A stretch of DNA of 64,000 bases from an uncultured Pelagibacteraceae bacterium (GCA_902589765.1 CACIUF010000002.1:47984-111983), one strand, 5' to 3'; positions 9,531 through 18,488 are shown, counted from the first letter of the stretch. The notes: generated by a model from the sequence alone, not told the origin. Numbers and translations: made by a program.

Positions 9531-9594
9531 CTTATTACTAGATTACTATGAGATACTAAGATTGGTTATTATTTTTAAAAAATAATTAATAAAT

Positions 9595-9726
9595 ATGGAT
9601 TTTTTTTTGGTTTTAAAAATATTGTTTGTTATTGGAGTGATGATCGCTCTATATGCGATAATTAGAAATTTAGATATAATAAAGATTATTTTAATTTACT
9701 TTAAAGATAAATTACTTGGAAAGTAA
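9595..9726 (+). CDS. Putative 43-aa membrane protein (not in ORF track)
   Basis: MDFFLVLKILFVIGVMIALYAIIRNLDIIKIILIYFKDKLLGK*; fills an otherwise unusually long spacer; stop overlaps the hisG end by 15 nt. Confidence 0.55.
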   Translation: MDFFLVLKILFVIGVMIALYAIIRNLDIIKIILIYFKDKLLGK

Positions 9727-10398
9727 TTTAATTAAATTGTTTAATCGCTTTTTCTTTACATTTTTTTTTGAAATTAAAAGACAAGCTTCAGATTTTAAAA
9801 TTTCACCATCCTTTAAGATACGTAGATTATTTGCTTTTAAGGTCTCACCTGTGGATGTAATGTCAGTAATCAACTCGGCAGATCCAGTAAAAGGATAGGC
9901 CTCAGTAGCTCCTAAACTTTTAACCAATCTAAATTGTGTAACACCTTTTGAGAACAAAAAATCTTGTGTTAAATTTGGATATTTAGTTGCAACCCTAATT
10001 CTTTTTTTCTTAATATCTCTGAATTCAAAAGCAATTTCCTCAAGATCAGCGATAGTCTGAACATCAATCCAAGGATCTGGAATTGCTACTACTAAATTTG
10101 CTCTTCCAAAACTAAGTTTTTTGACCACATTTATTTTATTTTGGACATTTACGCCACTTTCTTTCAATAAATCAAAACCAGAAAAACCAACATCTAAAGA
10201 GCTATCCCCTAACCTTTCAATAATTTCTCTAGCATGAAGATATAAAATCTTAACATATGGTTTATTTTTAATTGATCCAATTAAATCTCTTTCTCCTCTT
10301 TCAGATATAATTTTCAATTTTTTTTTCTTAAAGATTTTTAAAACATCTACTCTAAGTCGACCTTTGCTTGGAATACCTATATTGATTAAATTATCCAT
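9712..10398 (-). CDS. hisG: ATP phosphoribosyltransferase, short form
   Basis: IPSKGRL, RVATKYPNL, GATE, DITSTGETLKANNL. Confidence 0.95.
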   Translation of the reverse strand: MDNLINIGIPSKGRLRVDVLKIFKKKKLKIISERGERDLIGSIKNKPYVKILYLHAREIIERLGDSSLDVGFSGFDLLKESGVNVQNKINVVKKLSFGRANLVVAIPDPWIDVQTIADLEEIAFEFRDIKKKRIRVATKYPNLTQDFLFSKGVTQFRLVKSLGATEAYPFTGSAELITDITSTGETLKANNLRILKDGEILKSEACLLISKKNVKKKRLNNLIKLLSK

Positions 10399-11450
10399 TA
10401 ATTTACTAAATTTAAAGCAGCACCAACTGCTGGAGTTTGTTTTTTTGAACCAAGGTCGGAAATCAATTTATCATATCGGCCGCCATTACAACAATTAATA
10501 ATTTTTGATTTGGACTTAATATCTATTTTAAAAACCATACCCGTGTAATATTCAAGCTGTCTGCCAAAAGCAGCTGAAAAAGTCACATTTAATTTATTAA
10601 TTTTATTTTTTGAGATTGGAAAATATCTCTGATCTACCAATAAATTAATTTTATATTTCTTGAAAAACTTATTTAATACCTTGGCTGCATTATTAATTGG
10701 ACATTTAATTCTCAAAAATTCCTTAATAATTTTTGAAATATTTCTTCCTTTACTAGGTCTCCTTGGATCTTTAATCTTTTTATCAAATCTGCTTAAAATT
10801 TCGTTAATTGTTCTATTTGCTATAATGGTTGATTGATCATCTTTTAACATTCTAAAATATCTTTTTTTATCGATCTCAACTATTGTTGGATCAACATCTG
10901 AATTAGTCTCTAATCTTTTAAGAAGATCATTAAAGTAATCTTCTCTCCAAAAATGTCTTGAAAGTCTTAATTTCCATCGTTTAGGGATATCCAATTTAGA
11001 TATAAGAAGATTGAATATTTCTACATTCCCAATTGTGATCTCGCCTGATGAATAATTAAAATTTTTTAAAGATTTTAATGATGTATTTATTATTTCCTTA
11101 TCATCATTTTTCTCATTTCCTGACCCTATGATTTCAAAACCAACTTGATTTCTTACAATCGAGTCCTTTTTGTTTTCAGATTTACGATATGCTTGACCAT
11201 TATAAAATATCTTCTCCTTGCCCTTTAGATTATTTTCTAAGTATCTGAGACAAGATACAATTGTCAGATCTGGCCTTAAACATAGTTCATTTCCTCCTTG
11301 GTCAGTAAATGAGAAAATAAATTTTCGAAAACTTTCACCAGATCTTTGTACGATATGGTTAGCCTCAATTACTGAGGGTAATTCAATATATTTAAAACCA
11401 TTTGATTTAACAGTTTTAAGTATGCTGTCAGATAAATTTTTTGATTTCAT
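10398..11450 (-). CDS. hisZ: ATP phosphoribosyltransferase regulatory subunit
   Basis: LCLRPDLT, Q.G.E, YYTGMVF, GGRYD.L, PAVG; lies between hisS and hisG. Confidence 0.9.
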   Translation of the reverse strand: MKSKNLSDSILKTVKSNGFKYIELPSVIEANHIVQRSGESFRKFIFSFTDQGGNELCLRPDLTIVSCLRYLENNLKGKEKIFYNGQAYRKSENKKDSIVRNQVGFEIIGSGNEKNDDKEIINTSLKSLKNFNYSSGEITIGNVEIFNLLISKLDIPKRWKLRLSRHFWREDYFNDLLKRLETNSDVDPTIVEIDKKRYFRMLKDDQSTIIANRTINEILSRFDKKIKDPRRPSKGRNISKIIKEFLRIKCPINNAAKVLNKFFKKYKINLLVDQRYFPISKNKINKLNVTFSAAFGRQLEYYTGMVFKIDIKSKSKIINCCNGGRYDKLISDLGSKKQTPAVGAALNLVN

Positions 11451-12825
11451 TTACTAAATTTTCTTTTGAAAAAGTGATTTGATTATCTTCCCCCTTAATG
11501 CCTAGGAGGTTCTTAAGTGTAATTTTACTATCTTTAAATTCATTCTCTCCACAAATAACTGCAATCGGGCACCCTCTTTTATTTGCATATGTCAGTTGTT
11601 TACCGAGATTTTTCTTACTATCTAAAAAAATTTCTGAATTAATATTATTTTTTCTCAAGATGTCTAAAATTTCGTAATAATTTTTTAAATATTTTTCATC
11701 CATTACGCAAACAATGACTGGTTTTTGATCGTCCAATTGGACTTGATTTATTTGAGACATAGCAAACAAAAGTCTATCCACACCAATACTGACACCTGTT
11801 CCAGGTATATCGACACCTTTAAATCTTGAAATTAACTTATTGTATTGTCCACCAGAGCATACACTACCAATATCAATTTCTTTACCTTTATTATTTGTTG
11901 TTTTAAAATTTAGATTGGTCTCAACACAAAAGCCATCATAATACGCCAATCCTCTAACTATTGTGAAATTTGTTTTGACTAACTCAGAATAATTTCCAAA
12001 ATCTAGCATCTCAAATAAATCCTCAAGCTCTTTAATCCCTTCTTGGGTAATAGGATTTTTAAAATCTTGTTTTAGTTTTTTTAAATCTTTAATTTTTAAA
12101 AAGTTTAAAATTTTTGAAACTTGATCATCATTTAGATCAGCTCCTTTAGTTATCGCACCACTTTTATCTTTTCTCTCTTTTTTTAGTAGATCTTCAACTC
12201 CTTTTATTCCAAAATCTGGTTTGTCTAATTTATCAATTGCTCTCATCACCTTGATCTCTTTATATGCAGGAATTTTCAGATCTTGAATTAAACCTTGAAT
12301 AATCTTTCTATTACTTACATTGATTGTAAATTGATCTTTTTTTAAACCACATTCAATTAGAGTGCTTGCAACCAGATTACATAATTCAGCATTTGCTTGT
12401 GCTGGATTTACATTGCCTACAATATCGCAATCAGCTTGAGTAAATTCTCTAAAACGTGCATTGCCTGACTTTTCATTTCTAAATACATTTTGAATAGCGT
12501 ATCTTTTATAAATTGATGGAAGTTCTTGATTGTTTTGAGCAACAAATCTTGCTAAAGGACTGGAAAGATCGTATCGAAGAGTAATATTCTTTTCACCATC
12601 ATTAAAAGAAAAAACATCAGACATAAGATTATTATCATCCTCTGCAAGAAAGGATCCTATATTTTCTGCAATTTCGAATGATGGAGTTTCTAAAGGATCG
12701 AAACCATATCTAATAAAATTATTCTCAATGACTTTTAATAGTCTTTTTTTGAGAATTAATGTTTTATTCCATCTATCTTCAAAACCTGAAGGTAATCCAG
12801 GAATTAATTTATTTTTTTCACTCAT
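11428..12825 (-). CDS. hisS: Histidine--tRNA ligase
   Basis: LRYDL, FRNE...RFREFTQ.D.D, RGLAYY, GGQY, G.SIGVDR. Start moved to ATG 12825 because the upstream in-frame stretch is tRNA-His. Confidence 0.95.
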   Translation of the reverse strand: MSEKNKLIPGLPSGFEDRWNKTLILKKRLLKVIENNFIRYGFDPLETPSFEIAENIGSFLAEDDNNLMSDVFSFNDGEKNITLRYDLSSPLARFVAQNNQELPSIYKRYAIQNVFRNEKSGNARFREFTQADCDIVGNVNPAQANAELCNLVASTLIECGLKKDQFTINVSNRKIIQGLIQDLKIPAYKEIKVMRAIDKLDKPDFGIKGVEDLLKKERKDKSGAITKGADLNDDQVSKILNFLKIKDLKKLKQDFKNPITQEGIKELEDLFEMLDFGNYSELVKTNFTIVRGLAYYDGFCVETNLNFKTTNNKGKEIDIGSVCSGGQYNKLISRFKGVDIPGTGVSIGVDRLLFAMSQINQVQLDDQKPVIVCVMDEKYLKNYYEILDILRKNNINSEIFLDSKKNLGKQLTYANKRGCPIAVICGENEFKDSKITLKNLLGIKGEDNQITFSKENLVNEIKKFI

Positions 12826-12829
12826 TTTT

Positions 12830-12903
12830 TGGTACCTTGAGTAGGTTACGCTCCTACGACTTCGGATCCACAAACCGACGTGATACTATTTCACCATCAA
12901 GGC
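12830..12903 (-). tRNA. tRNA-His(GTG), no encoded G-1, A73 discriminator, atypical T-loop
   Basis: GCCTTGA/TCAAGGT-A-CCA acceptor; D stem GTGA/TCAC; anticodon loop TTGTGGA; T stem GTAGG/CCTAC with loop AGCGTAA. Confidence 0.9.
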
Positions 12904-12972
12904 ATATCCTATTTTGTTTTATCTTATTTTGTTGTTATTTAAAATTATAATATAAATGATTATTCGCTAGCT

Positions 12973-13074
12973 TTAGCCAGCATGGAAGTGAGTGTGCACA
13001 ACTCTACTAGTTCCTTTAAGAGCTTTTCTTAAAGTACTTTTAGATGCTAATTTGTTTATCTCAAATTTTTTCAT
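12973..13074 (-). CDS. 33-aa His-tailed short ORF, candidate histidine leader peptide (not in ORF track)
   Basis: MKKFEINKLASKSTLRKALKGTSRVVHTHFHAG*; three His codons among the last seven; directly upstream of tRNA-His-hisSZG. Confidence 0.6.
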   Translation of the reverse strand: MKKFEINKLASKSTLRKALKGTSRVVHTHFHAG

Positions 13075-13109
13075 TGGAATCTTTTTAGACAAAAAAAACG
13101 ATAATGCAA
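13075..13109 (-). promoter_or_regulatory. Putative promoter for the His-tailed ORF (leaderless)
   Basis: TTGCAT (13109-13104), 16 nt, TAAAAA (13087-13082), 7 nt, ATG; starts just after the csp terminator. Confidence 0.5.
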
Positions 13110-13114
13110 CCCCT

Positions 13115-13160
13115 AAAAGAAAAAGGACGTATATCCACTCAAAGATATATCGCCCTTTTT
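13115..13160 (-). terminator. Intrinsic terminator downstream of the cold-shock gene
   Basis: AAAAAGGGCG-A-TATATC-loop-GATATA-CGTCCTTTTT-CTTTT hairpin with U-tract, 15 nt after the csp stop. Confidence 0.8.
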
Positions 13161-13174
13161 ATAATTTTAGAAAA

Positions 13175-13387
13175 TTAGTCTAATTTTTTTAAATTTACTG
13201 CTGAAGGACCTTTGGGACCATCTTCAAGGGTAAATTCTATTTTATCACCCTCATTAAGATATCTCATGCCCGCTGCTTTAACTGCGCTTGCATGTACAAA
13301 CGCATCTTTTTCTTTATCATCTCTTTCTATAAAGCCGTAACCTTTTTTGCCGTTAAACCACTTTACTTTTCCTTGTATTGTACTCAT
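13175..13387 (-). CDS. cspA: Cold-shock domain protein
   Basis: GKVKWFN..KGYGFI (RNP1), D.FVH.SA (RNP2), [10 protein letters not shown]. Confidence 0.93.
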   Translation of the reverse strand: MSTIQGKVKWFNGKKGYGFIERDDKEKDAFVHASAVKAAGMRYLNEGDKIEFTLEDGPKGPSAVNLKKLD

Positions 13388-13462
13388 CTTATTCACTCGT
13401 CCTTTAGTTATTTATTTTGATATGAGGTTAGGTTCTTTTAAATTAATTTCAAGATATTTTGA

Positions 13463-13537
13463 TGGTGCCTCGGGAAGGATTCGCACCTCCGACACAAGCC
13501 TTTTCAGGGCTCTGCTCTACTCCTGAGCTACCGAGGC
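13463..13537 (-). tRNA. tRNA-Phe(GAA)
   Basis: GCCTCGG/CCGAGGC-A-CCA acceptor; D stem GCTC/GAGC; anticodon loop CTGAAAA; T-loop TGCGAAT. Confidence 0.93.
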
Positions 13538-13543
13538 AAAAGG

Positions 13544-13759
13544 TCAACCCCTAAAGATTATTCTGCCTTTTGTGAGGTCATATGGTGTCATTTCGACTGT
13601 CACATTATCACCTTGTAATACTCTAATTCTGTTTTTTCTTAATTTGCCCGCTGTATGAGCTGTTACAACATGACCATTTTCAAGCTGAACTCTAAACATA
13701 GCATTTGGAAGTAAATCAGTTACCTTGCCTTTGAATTCAAGTAAGTCTTGTTTTGACAA
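13544..13759 (-). CDS. infA: Translation initiation factor IF-1
   Basis: [40 protein letters not shown]; TTG start. Confidence 0.96.
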   Translation of the reverse strand: MSKQDLLEFKGKVTDLLPNAMFRVQLENGHVVTAHTAGKLRKNRIRVLQGDNVTVEMTPYDLTKGRIIFRG

Positions 13760-13761
13760 AT

Positions 13762-15045
13762 TTATTTTCTCCTTATTCTTTTTTTTACAGATTGAGCATG
13801 TCCTGCTAACCCCTCGTAATTTGCAAGAGTTATAACTGATGGCCCAAGACTTTCAATACCCTTTTTTGATAAGTTTATGTAAGAAATTCTTTTATAAAAT
13901 TCATTGACGCTGATACCACTAGAATATTTTGCTGACCCATTAGTTGGCAATATATGATTTGATCCAATGTTATAATCTGTCATTGCCATAACTGCATATT
14001 TTCCTAAGCATATTGAACCAGAATTCTTAATTTTGGGTATCAAAGATTTGTAGTTTTTTACGTTCAATTCCAAGTGTTCAGGTGCAATTTTATTTACGAT
14101 ATTAATTATTTTACTATCGTTTGCTACATACATTAAAATTCCATTTCTCTTTAAACTTTTTTTTGCCACAGATTCTCTTGGAATACTTTTTAATTGTTTT
14201 AGAATTTCCATCTGGACTTTACTAATTAGTTTTTTGTCTTTTGAAATTAATATACATTGTGCTTGAGGATCATGTTCTGCTTGACCGATTAAATCACTTG
14301 CAGCCCATTCAGGATTTGAGAATTTATCACAGACAATAGTTATTTCAGAGGGACCTGCAGTCATACCTTCGATTCCAACATCTCCAAAAACTTCTTTTTT
14401 TGCCGCTGCTACATATGAATTCCCGGGTCCAACTATTTTATCTACTCTTTTAATTTTTTTAGTTCCATAGGAGACAGCTGCTATAGCAGATGGACCACCA
14501 ATAGAGTAAATTTCTTTAATTTTACATTTTCTTGCTGCGTATAAAACAGCCGGATTTTGGTTTCCCTTGAAACCTGGGTTTATCATTACAATTCTTTTAA
14601 CTCCCGCAACAATTGCTGGTATAGCATTCATAAGTACACTTGATGGATAAGATACAAGTGAACCTGGAACATAAATTGCAACAGAATCTAATGGTAAATA
14701 TTTATATTCAAGTTTGTTTTTAAATTTATCTGTATACGAAATATTCTTAAATTTTTGTAAAGAATGAAATTTGTAAATTCGATTATAGGCTGTGTCGATT
14801 GCTTTCTTAACTTTAGGGTTTAAAGATTTTATTAACTTAGTAATTTTTTTGGCACTAGGAATGATTGTGGTATTTCGATTAAATTTCTTTTCATATTTAA
14901 TCAATGCTTTATCACCATTCTTTTTTACGTCGTTAATAATATTAGTTACAGAGACTTTGTCAGATTTGATGCTTTTTCTCCTTTTAAAAAGTAAATAATC
15001 CAAATTTTTATCGAAATTTTTAGTTTTACTATTTAATATTTTCAT
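13762..15045 (-). CDS. hisD: Histidinol dehydrogenase
   Basis: [46 protein letters not shown]. Confidence 0.96.
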   Translation of the reverse strand: MKILNSKTKNFDKNLDYLLFKRRKSIKSDKVSVTNIINDVKKNGDKALIKYEKKFNRNTTIIPSAKKITKLIKSLNPKVKKAIDTAYNRIYKFHSLQKFKNISYTDKFKNKLEYKYLPLDSVAIYVPGSLVSYPSSVLMNAIPAIVAGVKRIVMINPGFKGNQNPAVLYAARKCKIKEIYSIGGPSAIAAVSYGTKKIKRVDKIVGPGNSYVAAAKKEVFGDVGIEGMTAGPSEITIVCDKFSNPEWAASDLIGQAEHDPQAQCILISKDKKLISKVQMEILKQLKSIPRESVAKKSLKRNGILMYVANDSKIINIVNKIAPEHLELNVKNYKSLIPKIKNSGSICLGKYAVMAMTDYNIGSNHILPTNGSAKYSSGISVNEFYKRISYINLSKKGIESLGPSVITLANYEGLAGHAQSVKKRIRRK

Positions 15046-15047
15046 AA

Positions 15048-15440
15048 TTATTTAATTTCGTTTTGATCCTCAAGCCGCGCTTCGATAGTTTCTGTTGTCA
15101 AAGCTATGTGGGCATTATTATTAAAAATAAGATTTATTTCATAATCATCATTATTTTTCAAATAATCAATTCCAATTAACTCTAAAACTAAATCTTTATT
15201 TGATTGATTGATATTTTTTGATCTTACTTTATCAACAAAATCAAATCGACAGATACTATTGATTTTCTTACCCTCTTGATCAGTTTCAATTTTGGTTCTT
15301 TCAATTGATAACAAAAAAACCTTATTAGATGCCAGATACTTTATATCTGTCACTTTAACTTTTGCACCAGAACTACAAGCAGAAATCATTTGTAGCCCCT
15401 CTTGATCATTTGCAATTATTCTTGCTAAATATTTATTCAT
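15048..15440 (-). CDS. DUF2948-type conserved alphaproteobacterial protein
   Basis: A.D.E.L..ISA N-terminus, VLELIGI, IE..LED; usual position between murA and hisD. Confidence 0.7.
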   Translation of the reverse strand: MNKYLARIIANDQEGLQMISACSSGAKVKVTDIKYLASNKVFLLSIERTKIETDQEGKKINSICRFDFVDKVRSKNINQSNKDLVLELIGIDYLKNNDDYEINLIFNNNAHIALTTETIEARLEDQNEIK

Positions 15441-16699
15441 TATTTCAATCTTTTAATTTTAACACCAATTTTTTGTAATTTATTTTCAATATTTTCATAT
15501 CCTCTCTCCAAGTGATAGACTCTTCCAACAATACTTTTACCATTCGCCACTATTGCGGCTAATACTAAAGCAACACTGGCTCTTAAGTCACTAGACATTA
15601 ATTCAGCACCAATAAATTTGGTATTGCCCTCAATCAATGCTTTATTGTTTTGAATATTTATTTTCGCGCCTAGTCTTTGCAACTCAGCAACATGCATAAA
15701 TCTATTCTCAAAAATACTTTCAGTTATAGAACTTTTCCCAACGCTCTTGCACATTAATACCATTAATTGAGCTTGAAGATCTGTTGGAATACCTGGAAAC
15801 TCTTTAGTTTTTATGTTTTGAATAGGTTTGATTTTGTCAGGTCCTTTTATAAAAATTTTGTTATCCAAAGTTTTAATCTTTGCCCCAACTTTTTTTAATA
15901 GTTCTATTTCAGTATTAATCATTTTTGGGTCTAAATTTTTAATTTGTAGATTACCTTTAGCAAGCGTTGCCGCTACACAAAAAGTTCCTGCCTCTATTCT
16001 ATCAGCCATAACTGTATGACTTGTTTGATTGAGAGAATTTACTCCTATGATGGTGCAGGTTCTTCCAGACCATTTTATATTTGCACCTGCTTGACTTAAG
16101 AATTTTGTTAAATCTTTAATTTCGGGTTCTACGGCACAATTTTTTAAAATTGTTTTGCCTCTTGCTAAACATGCAGCTATTATAGAATTTTCTGTAGCGC
16201 CTACACTAATTTTGGGGAAATTTATTTTTTTGCCTTTAAGTCTTCCATTTGATTTCGCTAAAATATAACCATCTCGTATTTTATATTCCATTCCCAACTT
16301 CTTTAATGCACTAAGATGATAATTTACAGGTCTCGCACCTATAAGACATCCACCAGGCAAAGATGTTTTAGATTTATGAAATTTAGAAATTAATGGACCT
16401 AACACCAATATTGAACCTCTCATTGTTTTTACAAGTGAATAACTTGCAAAAGTTTTCATATTCTTTTTATTAATAATTTTTGCAGTTTTTCTGTCTTTAG
16501 ATAAAATTATTTTTGATCCAAGAGATTTTAATAAATTAAGCATTGTATCTATATCTCTTACTCTAGGTAAATTTTTGATAGTTACTGGTTTGTCAAATAA
16601 TAAAGTTGCTGCAAGAATTGGTAGAGATGCATTTTTAGAACCTGAAATCGAGACTTTACCCTTGATTTTACAAGGACCATTGATCAGAAATTTATCCAT
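15440..16699 (-). CDS. murA: UDP-N-acetylglucosamine 1-carboxyvinyltransferase
   Basis: GSKNASLP, LPGGC.IG.RP, SVGATEN, FPG.PTDLQAQ, FENRFMH, DLRA. Confidence 0.97.
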   Translation of the reverse strand: MDKFLINGPCKIKGKVSISGSKNASLPILAATLLFDKPVTIKNLPRVRDIDTMLNLLKSLGSKIILSKDRKTAKIINKKNMKTFASYSLVKTMRGSILVLGPLISKFHKSKTSLPGGCLIGARPVNYHLSALKKLGMEYKIRDGYILAKSNGRLKGKKINFPKISVGATENSIIAACLARGKTILKNCAVEPEIKDLTKFLSQAGANIKWSGRTCTIIGVNSLNQTSHTVMADRIEAGTFCVAATLAKGNLQIKNLDPKMINTEIELLKKVGAKIKTLDNKIFIKGPDKIKPIQNIKTKEFPGIPTDLQAQLMVLMCKSVGKSSITESIFENRFMHVAELQRLGAKINIQNNKALIEGNTKFIGAELMSSDLRASVALVLAAIVANGKSIVGRVYHLERGYENIENKLQKIGVKIKRLK

Positions 16700-16702
16700 A
16701 AA

Positions 16703-17263
16703 TTACTTTTTTATTTTAGCAACCTGTATGGTGGTTTGTCCCTGATATTTACCGTTTTTAGATTTATATGTCGTTTCTGGCTGGGTATCTGATTTAAAAA
16801 ATAAAAATTGAGCAATACCCTCGTTTGAATAAATCTTTGCTGGATTAGGAGTTGTGTTGCTTAATTCGATAACAATATTACCTTCAAATTCATTTTCAAT
16901 TGGTGTTACATTACAAATAATACCTGTTCTCGCGTAAGTACTTTTTCCAACACAAATACAAAGAACATCTTTTGGAATTCTAAAATATTCAATGGTCTTT
17001 GCCAGAACAAATGAATTTGGTGGAATTATACAATATGGTCCCTTTCGCTCAATAAAGTTTTCATCAGAAAAGTTTTTTGGATCCACTAGCGAACTATTAA
17101 CATTTGTAAATATTCTATACTCATCAGAAATTCTGACATCGTAACCCATGCTACTTAGTCCATATGATATTTTCCCTTCAGAGACTTGATGATCCAAAAA
17201 TGGTTCGATCATCTTATGCTCTTTACACATTTTTTTTATCCAAGAGTCTGGCTGAATGGACAT
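16703..17263 (-). CDS. dcd: dCTP deaminase
   Basis: ISYGLSS.GYD, IPPNSF.L, GKSTYAR.G...NVTP.E, KYQGQ. Confidence 0.96.
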   Translation of the reverse strand: MSIQPDSWIKKMCKEHKMIEPFLDHQVSEGKISYGLSSMGYDVRISDEYRIFTNVNSSLVDPKNFSDENFIERKGPYCIIPPNSFVLAKTIEYFRIPKDVLCICVGKSTYARTGIICNVTPIENEFEGNIVIELSNTTPNPAKIYSNEGIAQFLFFKSDTQPETTYKSKNGKYQGQTTIQVAKIKK

Positions 17264-17364
17264 TATTTTGTTTTCTTTTTATTTTTTTTTTGAAAAATTT
17301 TTCTCTTTTTTAAATTTTTCCTAAGCGCAATGCTTAGGCGCTCATTTTTATTTTTAGTAATCAT
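17263..17364 (-). CDS. 33-aa basic microprotein (not in ORF track)
   Basis: [33 protein letters not shown]; ATGA overlap with the upstream stop and TAATG overlap with dcd; RLxxALRxNLxxRK resembles the small protein seen before dcd/murA in Alphaproteobacteria. Confidence 0.75.
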   Translation of the reverse strand: MITKNKNERLSIALRKNLKKRKIFQKKNKKKTK

Positions 17365-17561
17365 TCTTTATTTGGATTGGTAAGGAAATCTAAAGTTATT
17401 GGTTTAGATGCATCTAAGGCTTTATCCTTATTATCATCTTTTTTAGGGCCTTCTTTTGCTAATCTTTTTGCTTTTTTTTCAGCAAGTTTTTTCTCTCTTT
17501 TCGCTTGCTTTTCCATAAGCTTGGCACTTTTGGTTGATTTATAATCGTAATGAATACCCAT
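17361..17561 (-). CDS. Lys-rich hypothetical protein, 66 aa
   Basis: Clean ORF with AAGGA ribosome-binding site; translationally coupled to the 33-aa ORF. Confidence 0.7.
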   Translation of the reverse strand: MGIHYDYKSTKSAKLMEKQAKREKKLAEKKAKRLAKEGPKKDDNKDKALDASKPITLDFLTNPNKE

Positions 17562-17661
17562 AAAATTTCCTTGGTAAGATATAAATCATATTAATCAAAA
17601 AATTAAGGCAATAATTTGGAAAAAATGCTTTATTATCAATAAAAATAGAATTGATCGAAAT

Positions 17662-17735
17662 GCTCCTATAGTTAAATGGCATAACGTGTCCATGGTAAGG
17701 ATAAATTCCAAGTTCGATTCTTGGTGGGAGCACCA
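17662..17735 (+). tRNA. tRNA-Thr(GGT)
   Basis: GCTCCTA/TGGGAGC-A-CCA acceptor; anticodon arm TGTCC-ATGGTAA-GGATA; T arm CCAAG-TTCGATT-CTTGG. Confidence 0.93.
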
Positions 17736-18461
17736 CTAATTTTTATAAAAAGACTTTCTAAGAAAAATTGTAATCAAGACTAAACTAAAAAAGGCTAAAA
17801 TTGGGATATATATTTCAGGTGAAAAAATTATATCTGTAATTTTAGGAACTTGTGAATTTTGTTCTATTACTTTTTCCAAACCACTACCTAAAGAAACAGC
17901 TAAAAAAATTTGAGGTATAATTCCTATTAATGATGCGAAAAAAAAATTTTTTACCCTAACATCAAAAATTGTAGGCAATATGCAACTAAGTTGCCAAGGT
18001 ATTCCTCCAATAAATCTATATATTAAAAGATAATAAAATTCAGACTTTTTAAATTTTCTCTCTAGATTTTGATATCTATTTAAAAATTTATCTCTAATTA
18101 AATCTTTTAAAAAATAGTTTCCAAAAATGTAAAGAAATGTTGCACCAATACTCATACCTATGACCACAATTATAGTACCCAACCATTTGCCAAAAATAAA
18201 TCCTCCTAATAGTGCAATTGGAGAACCAAAACCTAAAAATGGAAAAACCCATAATATTGTAAAAATTAAAAAAATTATGGATATTAAAAACAAATTAGAA
18301 TTTTTTAATTTTAAAAAATACAATCTGTTTTCTTTAATGAAGTCATAAGAGGTTATTTCTTGGATACTAAATTTTGAAAAAAACAATAACACAAATATAG
18401 TAAGTAAAACTAAGTATGATAAACCTATTATTATTTTAGTTTTCTTAGCTTTTTCCATCAT
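17736..18461 (-). CDS. TVP38/TMEM64 (DedA/VTT) family membrane protein
   Basis: Multiple TM segments; GGFIFG..LG, GAT..Y, R...G.P, FF.ASLIGIIP. Confidence 0.8.
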   Translation of the reverse strand: MMEKAKKTKIIIGLSYLVLLTIFVLLFFSKFSIQEITSYDFIKENRLYFLKLKNSNLFLISIIFLIFTILWVFPFLGFGSPIALLGGFIFGKWLGTIIVVIGMSIGATFLYIFGNYFLKDLIRDKFLNRYQNLERKFKKSEFYYLLIYRFIGGIPWQLSCILPTIFDVRVKNFFFASLIGIIPQIFLAVSLGSGLEKVIEQNSQVPKITDIIFSPEIYIPILAFFSLVLITIFLRKSFYKN

Positions 18462-18488
18462 GGTTCATGGTATTTATAAATCTTCTAT

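Noticed and set aside
12930-12972. Classical attenuator terminator after the His-tailed ORF
   Set aside because: The hairpin over the stop is followed by GAAUAAUCAUUU, not a U-tract, so classical intrinsic attenuation is not supported
12759-13183. Two 63-aa plus-strand ORFs and the extended hisS N-terminus
   Set aside because: They overlap tRNA-His, the csp terminator and the better-supported minus-strand His-tailed ORF
17539-17736. 65-aa minus-strand ORF in the track
   Set aside because: It is the antisense of tRNA-Thr plus promoter DNA
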